Of a stretch of 33,849 bases of DNA, positions 1-10,597 are shown piece by piece. Origin of the DNA: Octopus bimaculoides (taxonomy: Eukaryota). Every line of letters starts with the position of its first letter. Within the stretch, counting starts at the first letter, position 1. Under the pieces are notes generated by a model. That model was given only the letters and a program-made list of their open reading frames with translations. It was not told the origin of the DNA and did not search any database. The stretch spans positions 87,685,536 through 87,719,384 of the forward strand of contig NC_068987.1 in assembly GCF_001194135.2 (NCBI RefSeq). The letters are read 5' to 3'. A program made the translations under genes and the position numbers.

Positions 1-176
1 ACCCGACACAGGCTATACCCGACACAGGCTATACCCGACACAGGCTATACCCGACACAGGCTATATTCGACACAGGCTATATTCGACACAGGCTATATTC
101 GACACAGGCTATATTCGACACAGGCTATATTCGACACAGGCTATATTCGACACAGACTATTTGACACAGCCATTTT
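1..176. repeat. 16-bp minisatellite, about 10.5 units, cut by the window start
   Basis: acccgacacaggctat x4 (1-64), then attcgacacaggctat x5 (65-144), then decayed units. Confidence 0.95.
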
Positions 177-715
177 GCTGCTGCCTATTTGGCATTGCTA
201 ATTCTATGTTGACTTATTTGGCATCAGATAGTTTACTGTTTCCCTCTCTCTTTCTGTGTTTTTGTGCGTGAGCATCTAATTATGTTTATATGTATGTGTA
301 ATACGTCCTCTCTCTGGCCATCTGTAAGTATATATTAATACATGTGTTTGTGTGTGCCAAAAGAAGCCATCCCCCAAAATGGGTTGCAATGTCCAGTCTG
401 CCATCAGTCAAATCATCAGTATCCAAACAGCCACACCCGATTGTCCCATTTCACTCTAAAAGGAGACTATGACCATTACAAGAAAGCTTTTGGCAGCAGA
501 TCTACTCAATCAGGATTAACCATCAAATAAACAACAACAACTCTCACACTCTTTTCATTATTTTGGGGGGGGGGGCGGTTCATATTAAAAGTTTTAGACA
601 AAAAAATAAAACTAGCATCATTTTCATATTCTGTGTTGTTACAGGTTTCTTGCAGTCAGCCACTTCGTCATCGCCATTATTTCTATCTCTTTCTAGCTCC
701 ATCGAATCACTCCTA

Positions 716-1325
716 ATCATCATCATCGTTTAATGTCTGTTTTCCATGCTGGCATGGGTTGGACAGTCTGGAGAGCCAGCAGCTGCACCAGACTCCAATC
801 TGATCTGGCAGAGTTTCTACAGCTGGATACCCTTCCTAATGCCAACCACTCCGGGAGTGTAGTAGGTGCTTTTTACGTGCCACCAGCACAGGGGCCAGTC
901 AGGTAGTCCTAGCATCAATCATGTTTGGATAGTGCTTTTTAGGTGCCACCGGCACAGGGGCCAGTCAGGTAGTCCTGGCATCAATCATGTTTGGATAGTG
1001 CCTTTTAGGTGCCACCGGCACTGGGGCCAGTCAGGGGATACTGGCATTGGCCATGTTCACATGGTGCTTTTCACATGCCACCAGCACAGGAGCCAGTCAG
1101 TGGGTACTGGCATCAGCCACATTCAGATAGTGTTTTTTATGTGCCACCGGCATGGAGGTCAGTCAGGGGGTACTGGCATTGACCTCATTTGGATGCTGCT
1201 TTTTACATGCCACCAGTACGGGAGCCAGTCAGGAAGTCCTAGCATCAGTCATATTTGGATAGTGCTTTTTACGTGCCACCGGCATAGAGGCCAGTCAGGG
1301 TGTATTGGCATCGGCCACGTTTTCT
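716..1325 (-). mobile_element. Non-autonomous retroelement with RTE-type 3' tail and internal VNTR
   Basis: Begins (atc)n-gtttaatgtctgttttccatgctggcatgggttgg, the reverse complement of the tail at 10975-11002. A related copy lies at 32030-32455. Confidence 0.7.
877..1325. repeat. 66-bp tandem array, 7 units
   Basis: Units begin (g/a)tgccacc at 877, 943, 1009, 1075, 1141, 1207 and 1273, an exact 66-nt period. Confidence 0.95.
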
Positions 1326-1489
1326 AAAAGGTAAGTGGTCTGTAACTCCTCTTCCACAAAAAAGCCTGTTCTGCTCTGGTCCCTTCTCTCATACGTTAAC
1401 CCCAGTACACTGATCCCACTTCTTATTTTCATTAACCTAAGAAGGGTGAAAGATAAAATGGTCCTTAGTAGAATTTGAACTTCTGTCAT

Positions 1490-1790
1490 AACAAGTTTGC
1501 TGCCTAACCACATGGTTCTGGCTTCAGTCCCACTGCATGGTACTATGGGCAAGTATCTTCTACTATAACCTTGTGTCAACCAAAGCTTTATGAGCAGATT
1601 TGATAGATGGAAACTGAAAGAAGCCTGTCACATGAGTGTGTGTCCATGTGTGTGTGTGTGTGTGTGCGTATCCGTCCGTCCCACCACTGACAGAATAAGT
1701 ACCAGGCTTTAGAAAAAACAAAATAAGTACAAGGATCAATTTGTGCCCCAGCACAGCCACAGTCAAATGACTGAAACAAATAAAAGATAA
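1490..1790 (+). mobile_element. tRNA-headed SINE family A, diverged and internally deleted
   Basis: aaccacatggttctggcttcagtcccactg ... ggaaactgaaagaagcc, (tg)n, ... cacagtcaaatgactgaaacaa, as in the copy at 13543-13932. Confidence 0.85.
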
Positions 1791-1861
1791 CTTGTATCAA
1801 ATAAAAAGTACTTTTCAGAAATCCCAAATTAGTGTGGATAATAGCAAAAAAAGGTACAAAC

Positions 1862-1980
1862 CTTGAGTTCTCTTGTGCTTCTATCATTAAAGCTGACTGA
1901 TTCAAAACCCTAACCCATTGGTCCATGCTTTCCACTGATTCAGCAACAAAATATTGGGTCTTCATATTCGCATGTTCTGC
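1862..1980 (-). CDS. PLEKHA5/6/7-like: PH-domain C-terminal exon, PLEKHA5/6/7 (kramer)-like: AEHANMKTQYFVAESVESMDQWVRVLNQSALMIEAQENS(R)
   Basis: Acceptor ttctcccttgtcgtag, donor AG|gtttgt, 119 nt, phase 0 to 2. Resembles, from recall, PLEKHA6 AEHAGVRTYFFSAES and PLEKHA5 HPNMRTYYF, with the invariant PH C-helix Trp. Confidence 0.93.
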
Positions 1981-2060
1981 CTACGACAAGGGAGAAATGC
2001 AAATGTTTGATGAGAGTAAAAGCTCAGTATTAAGATTGGAATAAATTTTAATATGTATTA

Positions 2061-2544
2061 GGCACAGGTATGGCTGTGTGGTTGAGAAGCTTGCTACCCA
2101 ACCAGGTGGCCTTGGGTTCAGTCCCATTGCACAGAACTTTGGACAAGTGTCTTCTGCTATAGCCTCAGACCGACCAAAGCTTGTGAGTCGATTTGGCAGA
2201 CAGAAACTGAAAGGAACTTGTCGTATGTGTGTGTGTGTATGGATCTCTCTCTCTCTCTTGCCCTCTTTCTCACTCTCTCTTCCTCTCTATCTCTTCCTCT
2301 ATCTCTATCTCACTCTCTCTTCCTCTCTCTCAACATTGTTTGGTAGTCAGAAATGAGTGATGCCATCATACAAATGGTGTCTCATTCCCAATACTCCCTG
2401 AAAATACATCAGGTCATGAGGAAATATTACTGTCCCAGTAAGGGTTGGTGACAGGAAGGGCATCTGTCTGTAGAAAATCCTTCTCAATGAAATCTATCCA
2501 ACCCATGCACGATGCATGGAAAAGTGGACATTAAAATAATGATG
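2061..2544 (+). mobile_element. SINE with family-A head, (CT)n linker and RTE-type tail
   Basis: ggcacaggtatggctgtgtggttgagaagc head; ends aacccatgcacgatgcatggaaaagtggacattaaaataatgatg. Confidence 0.75.
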
Positions 2545-2550
2545 GCATAT

Positions 2551-2670
2551 ATCATCATCATCGACGTCATCATCCACTTTTCTATGCTTGCATGGGTCAG
2601 CCAAAATTTGCTGAAGTAGATTTTCTACAGCCAGATGCTCTTCCCATCATCAACTCTCACCTGTTTCCAT
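2551..2670 (-). mobile_element. RTE-type SINE tail fragment, tail-to-tail with the previous element
   Basis: atcatcatcatcg...tccactttctatgcttgcatgggtcag...ttttctacagccagatgctcttccc is the reverse complement of about 2450-2544. Confidence 0.75.
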
Positions 2671-3002
2671 GTATTTTAAGTAAGGTGTGAATATATGTAA
2701 ACATTCTTTTACTTAGCAACACAAATGTCACATCCAATTTTCAGAGATGAAAAAAATAATAATAATCAAAATAAAAAAAATACATAACATGTTCTTATTT
2801 TCCTTTTCTTTCAGACAAAATATTCTTATCATTGTCTTAAATTTTTTAATTCATCATTTTCTTTGTTTAGCATGAAAAGAAAATGATGTACATAAAATAA
2901 GTTATAACAATGCCAGACTTTGAACAAGACCAAAGAAGTGAAGAACCAAGCCGAGGAGAATAAACAAAAGCTGTATTTTCTATTTCTTCAACAAGAGCTT
3001 AC

Positions 3003-3103
3003 CTTGAAGGCATGTCTTTTGTTGATGGAATCACTGGCATCACAAGGTCGTATTGTGTAACTTGGTAATAGAATAGAACCAACACACTGTTGCTCACTGG
3101 TAT
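3003..3103 (-). CDS. PLEKHA5/6/7-like: PH-domain exon: (D)TSEQQCVGSILLPSYTIRPCDASDSINKRHAFK
   Basis: Acceptor ttttctttttttcag, donor AAG|gtaagc, 101 nt, phase 1 to 0. GSIxLPSY..K..FK motif as recalled for PLEKHA5/6/7 (GSIPLPSY..RKYSFK). Confidence 0.95.
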
Positions 3104-3262
3104 CTGAAAAAAAGAAAAACTAAAATATAACTCCATGATTTGATTGTAAAATTATATTGAAAGAAATGTTTTTAATAAAAGTTTCTGGTTAGCTGTGGAC
3201 TTTCTTATTGTAGACAACAGATTCTATAATTTTTTGCTGAGCAACCTGCGTAGATGACTTGT

Positions 3263-3487
3263 TTAACCCTTTCAATACCAAACTGGCTGAAACTGCCTCT
3301 GGCTCTGAGTACAAACATCTTGTTTTCATAAGTTTTGAATTAAAATCTTCCACCAAACCTTAGTCACAATTTATGTTCCTAATGCCAGCTTAATAATAAG
3401 TTATTTTACTAAATTGTTTGTTATATTTAAAATTAATTGAAAGAGACACAGAGCATCTCAACAGAAATATAGTAACAAAAGGGTTAA
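3263..3487. mobile_element. piggyBac-like MITE with TTAA target duplication
   Basis: ttaa|ccctttc ... aaaaggg|ttaa; near-identical copy at 31059-31287. Confidence 0.85.
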
Positions 3488-5062
3488 CAAATGATTTTAA
3501 TTTAACCAGCATGGGAGCCAGTGTGGTGGACCTGGCATCAACCACATTCAGATGGTGCTTTTTACATGCCACTGGTACAGGCGCCAGTCAGGGGGCACTG
3601 GTAACAGCTACGATATTGCAACAGCTAAACAAAGCAGTAGAGGCACAATAATATTTCATAATTAGTATTGTTTCCTATGAAACCATTTCATAAGAATCAG
3701 TGAATTCTTCAAAGTTCATGCTGCAGCATGGCCACAGTAATGACTAAAACAAGTAAAAAAAATAAAGATTTTTCTCTCTATATTTTAACCTAGAACACTT
3801 TTGACTACAAATACTGAACAGTAATACTATATATCTAAAATGTAAGCAACAAATCATTTTAAACAACTAACAAAACAAACAAAAATAAAAGTAAAAATGT
3901 AATAAAATTGTGTGCAAACAGCCTAAGCAAGTATAAGCTACTTTCATTGGTCGATTGAGTGAGTGCGACAACAAAATGACACTTTGTTAACAATGGGTGT
4001 AAATATTTGTATCTAATTATTTATGACTAATGAGTCAGGTAAAAGTTATTTACACAACACCACAATTGTTTAAGGTGAAAGACTATTCATGCGTGGATAA
4101 GCATTCATGTAAAACATTCTGAGAAGATTCAGTTCCTGGTGGTGAAAGCTAACAGAAAGAAAGTCTTTCATATATGAAAATTAAGCCATTGTATAAGAAG
4201 GAGACTCAAAAATAGGTAACGAGCATCATGGATTAATACAATGAGTAATATATTTGAGCATTCTGTTTTCTTGTGGCTGCCTTATATGCTTGTCAGATTT
4301 GTAGTAGAGCAGAAAGTATTAATATTTCAACTGCACAGCTCTTAGGTAAGTGTCTTCTACTGTAGCCCCATGCCAACTAATGCCTTGTGAGTGAATCTGG
4401 GAGGTAGAAACTGTGTGGAAGCCTACTGTATGTGTGTAGGGGTTTCTTTGTGTTTATCCTCACCAACACTTAACTGGTACTAGAGTCAATTTATTCATCT
4501 AAACCAGGGGTGGGGAAACCCCCGTGAGCCCATTTTATTGCGCCTGAAGGCTGGTATACTCGTATGTACAAAATATAGTAAATTTTTCAATTATAAAATT
4601 TATACAATACTCCTATTTGGGACATAGGTCACATTTCCTCTACGACTTAAAACAGTTAAGACTCGAACAGAAAATCGTCTGGTAATTGCCATTTGAATGG
4701 AAATTTTGCTTTCACTATAAAACACATATTGCTAGGTTTGTACCACCCCCTTGAGACCCAACTACACTCTAGCTGCAAAATAAAGAATACCTCATAGGGA
4801 ATATAAACGTCCTAAATTCAGTGGCCATATTAATGAAGATGTTACATGTTAATTTAATGTGTTATCATTATTAATGTATCAGGTCGTCCCATAAGTTTTG
4901 TCCAATTTTACCTTTTTTAGAATTGAATGAAATTTAATAGCATTTTAGAATGTCTAATGGAATTAAAAATTATTTTTATGCATTTCTGTACATTTAAACT
5001 AATTAAATATTATTTTACAGAATAATAGAATTAAAATTTCTTTGATTAAAACCCTTTCTAAC

Positions 5063-6223
5063 ATGGAAGTATCCAAAGAGCATTTGAGGCACATAATGCT
5101 TTATGAGTACAAAAAAGGAAACTCTGCAGCCGAAGCGACTCGAAACATACACTCAGTTTATGGGAAAGAATACTTGAATGAAAGAACTTGCAGAAGATGG
5201 TCTTAAAAATTCAGAAGTGGAGATTTCAGCCTTGAAGATGAACACCGAACAGGACGTCCAGTTGAGTTTGATGATAAGCTCCTTGAAGCATTACTTGAAG
5301 AAAATCCTGCATTATCAGTTGAAGAATTGGCAATAAAGCTTAGTTCAAACCATACAACTGTTCATCGTCATCTTCAACAACNNNNNNNNNNNNNNNNNNN
5401 NNNNNNNNNNNNNNNNNNNNNNNNNNNNNNNNNNNNNNNNNNNNNNNNNNNNNNNNNNNNNNNNNNNNNNNNNNNNNNNNNNNNNNNNNNNNNNNNNNNN
5501 NNNNNNNNNNNNNNNNNNNNNNNNNNNNNNNNNNNNNNNNNNNNNNNNNNNNNNNNNNNNNNNNNNNNNNNNNNNNNNNNNNNNNNNNNNNNNNNNNNNN
5601 NNNNNNNNNNNNNNNNNNNNNNNNNNNNNNNNNNNNNNNNNNNNNNNNNNNNNNNNNNNNNNNNNNNNNNNNNNNNNNNNNNNNNNNNNNNNNNNNNNNN
5701 NNNNNNNNNNNNNNNNNNNNNNNNNNNNNNNNNNNNNNNNNNNNNNNNNNNNNNNNNNNNNNNNNNNNNNNNNNNNNNNNNNNNNNNNNNNNNNNNNNNN
5801 NNNNNNNNNNNNNNNNNNNNNNNNNNNNNNNNNNNNNNNNNNNNNNNNNNNNNNNNNNNNNNNNNNNNNNNNNNNNNNNNNNNNNNNNNNNTTTAGTGAA
5901 TCGAAAAGGAGTGATGTTTCATCAGGACAATGTGTGACCCCACGCTGCAAAGATCACATCACAGAAGATCGAAGAGCTTGATTGGGAAAAAATTCCTCAT
6001 CCACCTTATTCTCCCGACCTTGCTCCTTCAAACTACCATTTGTTTCGTAGTTTACAGAATCATTTGGGGGACATAACTTTCGCAAGCCAGGAGGAGGTCA
6101 AAACTAACATTCCAGAGTTCTTCACTTTGAAACCAAAAGAGTTTTACATTGATGAGATTAAAAAAACTTGTAAATAGATGGATGGAAGTAATAGATAATC
6201 AGGGAAAGTATATTGAGGATTAA
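5063..6223 (+). pseudogene. Mariner transposase pseudogene (Hsmar1/cecropia-like)
   Basis: MEVSKEHLRHIMLYEYKKGNSAAEATRNI...RRWS*KFRSGDFSLEDEHRTGRP (HTH region) and FHQDNV*PH...HPPYSPDLAPSNYHLF. Stops at 5204 and 5935 and a +1 frameshift in the A run near 6165. Confidence 0.93.
5382..5891. other. Assembly gap (others at 6968-7540, 8457-8757, 26709-26928, 33483-33582)
   Basis: Runs of N, mostly abutting repeats or microsatellites. Exons could be hidden inside them. Confidence 0.99.
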
Positions 6224-6668
6224 ATTTCAATTAAATATAACATGTGATCACTTGTTTTCTTTATTCAAAATTCGAACAGAACTTATGAGATGACCTGATA
6301 TATCGAATTATACATAGATATATACAAGATTTACACAAATATAATAGTTAGAATTTGTAATCTGCCCACGGACCTTTATCTAGAAATTTTTGCCTGCCAC
6401 ACTAAAAAGTTTCCCCACCTCACAGTTCAATGACTGAGACAAAAGATAAAAGATTAAAACATTGAGCCACCAAAGTAAATCCATAATTTTTATTTTGGTC
6501 TGAATGCTCTAAGTTTTTGTTTTTCAAACAATGAAAGTTTAAATAAATTTGTTTTAATAATACAATAACAATTTACATAAAATGCTTAATGAGATGAAGG
6601 CATAGAATTTATTTTGCAACTTAATATTTTGAAGATTAGTAAAAGAGAGAGAGAGAACTTTCACAAAC

Positions 6669-6741
6669 CTTTATAGAAAAATAAGCCATAATCAACATGA
6701 ACGCACCAACGTTGCTTCCAAGAACGGAGTCCAGAACTTTC
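6669..6741 (-). CDS. PLEKHA5/6/7-like: PH-domain exon: ESSGLRSWKQRWCVHVDYGLFFYK
   Basis: Acceptor ctttgtctttatag, donor AAAG|gtttgt, 73 nt, phase 0 to 1. Matches recalled PLEKHA7 DSSGMRLWKRRWFVLADYCLFYYK. Confidence 0.95.
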
Positions 6742-6814
6742 CTATAAAGACAAAGCAAAAGAATTAACTAAAAGGAACACACACAAAAAAAACGAAAAAC
6801 GGTATATAATTGAA

Positions 6815-6967
6815 ATATTGGTTTCAAATTTTGGCACAAGGCCAGCAATTTCGGGGGAGGGAGAAAAGTTGGTTAAATTGACTCTAGTACTCAACTAATA
6901 CTTATTTTATCGCCGCCGAGGTTGACTTTGCCTTTCATCCTTTTGGGGTTGATAAATTAAGTACCAG
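6815..6967. mobile_element. Two oppositely oriented fragments of SINE family B fused
   Basis: Minus-strand 3' part to about 6914 (tacttattttatcg), then plus-strand core gaggttgactttgcctttcatcc...ataaattaagtaccag. Confidence 0.7.
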
Positions 6968-7540
6968 NNNNNNNNNNNNNNNNNNNNNNNNNNNNNNNNN
7001 NNNNNNNNNNNNNNNNNNNNNNNNNNNNNNNNNNNNNNNNNNNNNNNNNNNNNNNNNNNNNNNNNNNNNNNNNNNNNNNNNNNNNNNNNNNNNNNNNNNN
7101 NNNNNNNNNNNNNNNNNNNNNNNNNNNNNNNNNNNNNNNNNNNNNNNNNNNNNNNNNNNNNNNNNNNNNNNNNNNNNNNNNNNNNNNNNNNNNNNNNNNN
7201 NNNNNNNNNNNNNNNNNNNNNNNNNNNNNNNNNNNNNNNNNNNNNNNNNNNNNNNNNNNNNNNNNNNNNNNNNNNNNNNNNNNNNNNNNNNNNNNNNNNN
7301 NNNNNNNNNNNNNNNNNNNNNNNNNNNNNNNNNNNNNNNNNNNNNNNNNNNNNNNNNNNNNNNNNNNNNNNNNNNNNNNNNNNNNNNNNNNNNNNNNNNN
7401 NNNNNNNNNNNNNNNNNNNNNNNNNNNNNNNNNNNNNNNNNNNNNNNNNNNNNNNNNNNNNNNNNNNNNNNNNNNNNNNNNNNNNNNNNNNNNNNNNNNN
7501 NNNNNNNNNNNNNNNNNNNNNNNNNNNNNNNNNNNNNNNN

Positions 7541-7612
7541 CTATAGCCTCAGGCCGACCAAAGCCTTGAGTGGATTTCGTAGACGGAAACTGAAAGAAGC
7601 CCATCGTATATA

Positions 7613-7660
<48 letters not shown>

Positions 7661-7875
7661 TGTATGTATGCATGTGTGTGTATATGTTTGTTCCCCAACA
7701 TCGCTTGACAACCGATGGTGGTGTGTTTACGTCCCCATAACTTAGCGATTTGGCAAAGGAGGCCGATAAAATAAGTACTAGGCTTACAAAGAATAAGTCC
7801 TGGGGTCAATTTACTCGACTAAAGGCGGTGCTCCAGCATGGCCACAGTCAAATGACTGAAACAAGTAAAAGAGTA
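7541..7875 (+). mobile_element. SINE family A (head lies in the gap)
   Basis: ctatagcctcaggccgaccaaagccttg ... (ta)n ... ggtgctccagcatggccacagtcaaatgactgaaacaagtaaaagag. Confidence 0.9.
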
Positions 7876-8142
7876 ATCTTTTAGGTTATATAAATTATGT
7901 TGCATTAATAGTTATATTAGATAATTATTCATTGTTTTTGTGAGACAAAGCAAATATTACTTGCTAACATTTTCTTCTTTAAATATTAGCCGCAAAATAG
8001 TTATGAATGTTTTATGGACAAATTGAGAGGAAATGTCTGAAGTTGACTTCTAGGACACAGGCTTTTCACCATAAATAGCCTTGTATAATAACTTAATGGC
8101 CCACTCCTTGGTAATAAAACAGATCATTATCAAAATACTCAC

Positions 8143-8218
8143 CTGCACTGTTAACCACCCACTATGGATGACTTTAGAATTACTCATTCTTTTGGCCTCT
8201 GGAGCTTTAGAAATTAAT
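8143..8218 (-). CDS. PLEKHA5/6/7-like: Exon with PH beta-1 strand: (R)LISKAPEAKRMSNSKVIHSGWLTVQ
   Basis: Acceptor tcttttattttccag, donor CAG|gtgagt, 76 nt, phase 2 to 0. GWL motif as in PLEKHA GWLxKQ. Confidence 0.92.
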
Positions 8219-8288
8219 CTGGAAAATAAAAGATTTATAGTCATTCTACTGAAAACAATATACAGAAGAATATTTCCAGATGAAATAG

Positions 8289-8341
<53 letters not shown>

Positions 8342-9082
8342 GTCATACCGGCCATGATGAAATACTACAAAGTACAGAAAATATGAAATACCACAAGGAA
8401 TATAAATAAAACATAAAAAACAGACAGTGTTGGAACTCTTTTAAACAAAATAATATNNNNNNNNNNNNNNNNNNNNNNNNNNNNNNNNNNNNNNNNNNNN
8501 NNNNNNNNNNNNNNNNNNNNNNNNNNNNNNNNNNNNNNNNNNNNNNNNNNNNNNNNNNNNNNNNNNNNNNNNNNNNNNNNNNNNNNNNNNNNNNNNNNNN
8601 NNNNNNNNNNNNNNNNNNNNNNNNNNNNNNNNNNNNNNNNNNNNNNNNNNNNNNNNNNNNNNNNNNNNNNNNNNNNNNNNNNNNNNNNNNNNNNNNNNNN
8701 NNNNNNNNNNNNNNNNNNNNNNNNNNNNNNNNNNNNNNNNNNNNNNNNNNNNNNNNNATATATATATATATGTATATCCATATATCTATATCTATATCTA
8801 TATCTCTCTCTGTATCTCTATACCTTTCTCTTTATCCCTCTCTCTCTCTCTACCTCCCTCTGGTATATATGGAAATGAAAATGTTGGGAGTCCAAATTGT
8901 GTTGCTGTAAGTCAGTCAAATGTTAGATTCCACATCACTTACTCTACTCACCAGTCAGACCACAATTAACGTCCATGACTTTTATATGAGTGCATGACTT
9001 TCAAAAGCTTTCTGGCTTCCAGAAACAAAACAAAAATAGAAACATAAATATTTTTTTGAATAGATCAAAAGGAAAAACATAC

Positions 9083-9126
9083 CTTTGTTTACCTGAGGCC
9101 TTTTTACTTTGATTGTATTGAGGAAC
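9083..9126 (-). CDS. PLEKHA5/6/7-like: 44-nt exon: VPQYNQSKKASGKQ(R)
   Basis: Acceptor atttattgatctccag, donor AAAG|gtatgt. Phase 0 to 2 gives AG|A = Arg, in frame with the next exon. No homology support. Confidence 0.7.
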
Positions 9127-9819
9127 CTGGAGATCAATAAATATCAAACATAAAAAGTAACGAAAATCTGAACGGTTTTATAGTAAAAAACACTTTCTAA
9201 CTTTTGAAAATAAAATTAATAAAATGACTGTCTATGTAAAATGTTAGGCCCTGTTCTCTTTTTTATAGAAAAAAAAATCTGAATTTGAAAATAGAAGTTT
9301 TCTTTGAGTTCTATTATCTTCGGAATGGAAAAGCTGGTAATTCACAGACTGGGGGTAGTGAGCTGTATTAACTTTTAAAGGTTAGAAAATAGGGATACAA
9401 GAAGTTGATGAAGGTAGGGAAAAAATAGAAGATGGCAAGATACATGCAATAAAATGTTCCGAGTGTGTTGAGAACAGAGATGACAATTTGTTTAATTAAC
9501 AAGTTTGCAGAAAAGAATCTATGCACGGTCAGAAGTAAATTTACTAATTAAAAAGATACTTTAATTACATTAATTGCATTATCTGTATTGCAATAGTTTT
9601 CAAACTTTTGGCCACAACTCCAAGGTAACCGTTCTAGAAATAAAAATAACATTCACATTCTTTCACAACCACATAATGCAAATACAAGGGAGTAGCAGAG
9701 ACAGGAAGTAGGTCCACAGCTGGCTGAATTAATTAGGGATTAACATCACATGAATAAGTAATCAACCAGAGTATTGAATGATGTTATACATCACTAATCA
9801 CAATGCGCTTTGAATAATT

Positions 9820-10010
9820 TTTTAGCTAGGTGAGCAGACCGACATTCCCCTTGATCAGAAAGCTAGTCCGTTACAGGGGGAACCCATTTAGAGCTGAGTG
9901 GACCGGTGCAACGTGAAAGAAAGTGTTTTGCACAAGCACACAACATGTCACTCGATTCATGAATGGAACTCATGGTCCCCAGATTCTGAATGCAACACCC
10001 TAACCACATG
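9820..10010 (-). mobile_element. Diverged SINE of a further family
   Basis: cccatttagagctgagtggaccggtgcaacgtgaaagaaagtgttttgcacaagcacacaac resembles a conserved SINE body; single copy in this window. Confidence 0.5.
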
Positions 10011-10597
10011 GGCCATCATGGGTATCAGCATATTGAACGAAAAGCTTTAAGGTTTCAGATCCTACCACTGGCAACAGCTCAGATAATTGACCCTTCTTCA
10101 TATCCATCCATCATCCATCCATTCATTTTCTCTTCCTGAGACAACCATGGGAGTAGAGTCCTTAAGCATCTCCCGTATAGAGTCGTCTGAGAAGCAACGA
10201 TCATTACACTTTCTGGTTGGAGACCCAAGCATGGCCAAATGAAACTAGAGATATTGTGCAACCATCTTATTCTGGGACTACCCCTGGGTCTCTACCAATT
10301 GGCTCAGCTTCAAGAATCTGTCTTTTATAAACAGTTTTTACCTTTAGTGCCAAACTTTTCTACCAATAGGTGTATTTTCTTCCCCAATACTGTACAGATG
10401 TAATTCCCTCCATCTCCCTCTCCCTCCATCTCTCCCCGTCTATCCCTCTGCCTTCATCTCTCCCTCTCTCTCTCCGTCTCACACACACACAGAGCGTGGG
10501 AAAGAAACTCTACATACTGGTGGAAAAGTGTGCCATGTGACAGTAGAAAATCCTTGCCTCAACAAATTGCATCTGACATTGCATCAAGAGGTGCTGA

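Larger units (their letters stand above)
4879..6298 (+). mobile_element. Mariner DNA transposon, full length, spanning an N gap
   Basis: TIRs tcaggtcgtcccataagttttgtcc and gaacagaacttatgagatgacctga; TA on both sides (4877-78, 6299-6300); internal transposase remnant. Confidence 0.95.
4505..6421. mobile_element. hAT (Charlie-like) non-autonomous element hosting the mariner
   Basis: Left end caggggtggggaaac, right end gtttccccacctc (degenerate). The left flank atctaaac resembles the Charlie nTCTAGAn target. Right target duplication not recovered. Confidence 0.55.

Noticed and set aside
877-1325. Regularly spaced repeats resembling a CRISPR array (also 32220-32440 and 23471-23590)
   Set aside because: The units are contiguous with no unique spacers, the context is eukaryotic intron, and there are no cas genes.
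866-1327. 153-aa His/Cys/Gly-rich ORF with 22-aa repeats
   Set aside because: It arises from a 66-nt (3n) tandem array inside a retroelement, antisense to the host gene, with no splice or homology support.
6010-6045. YSPDLAPSN: third catalytic Asp replaced by Asn, as in domesticated SETMAR
   Set aside because: The ORF has two stops and a frameshift, so this is most simply neutral decay rather than domestication.
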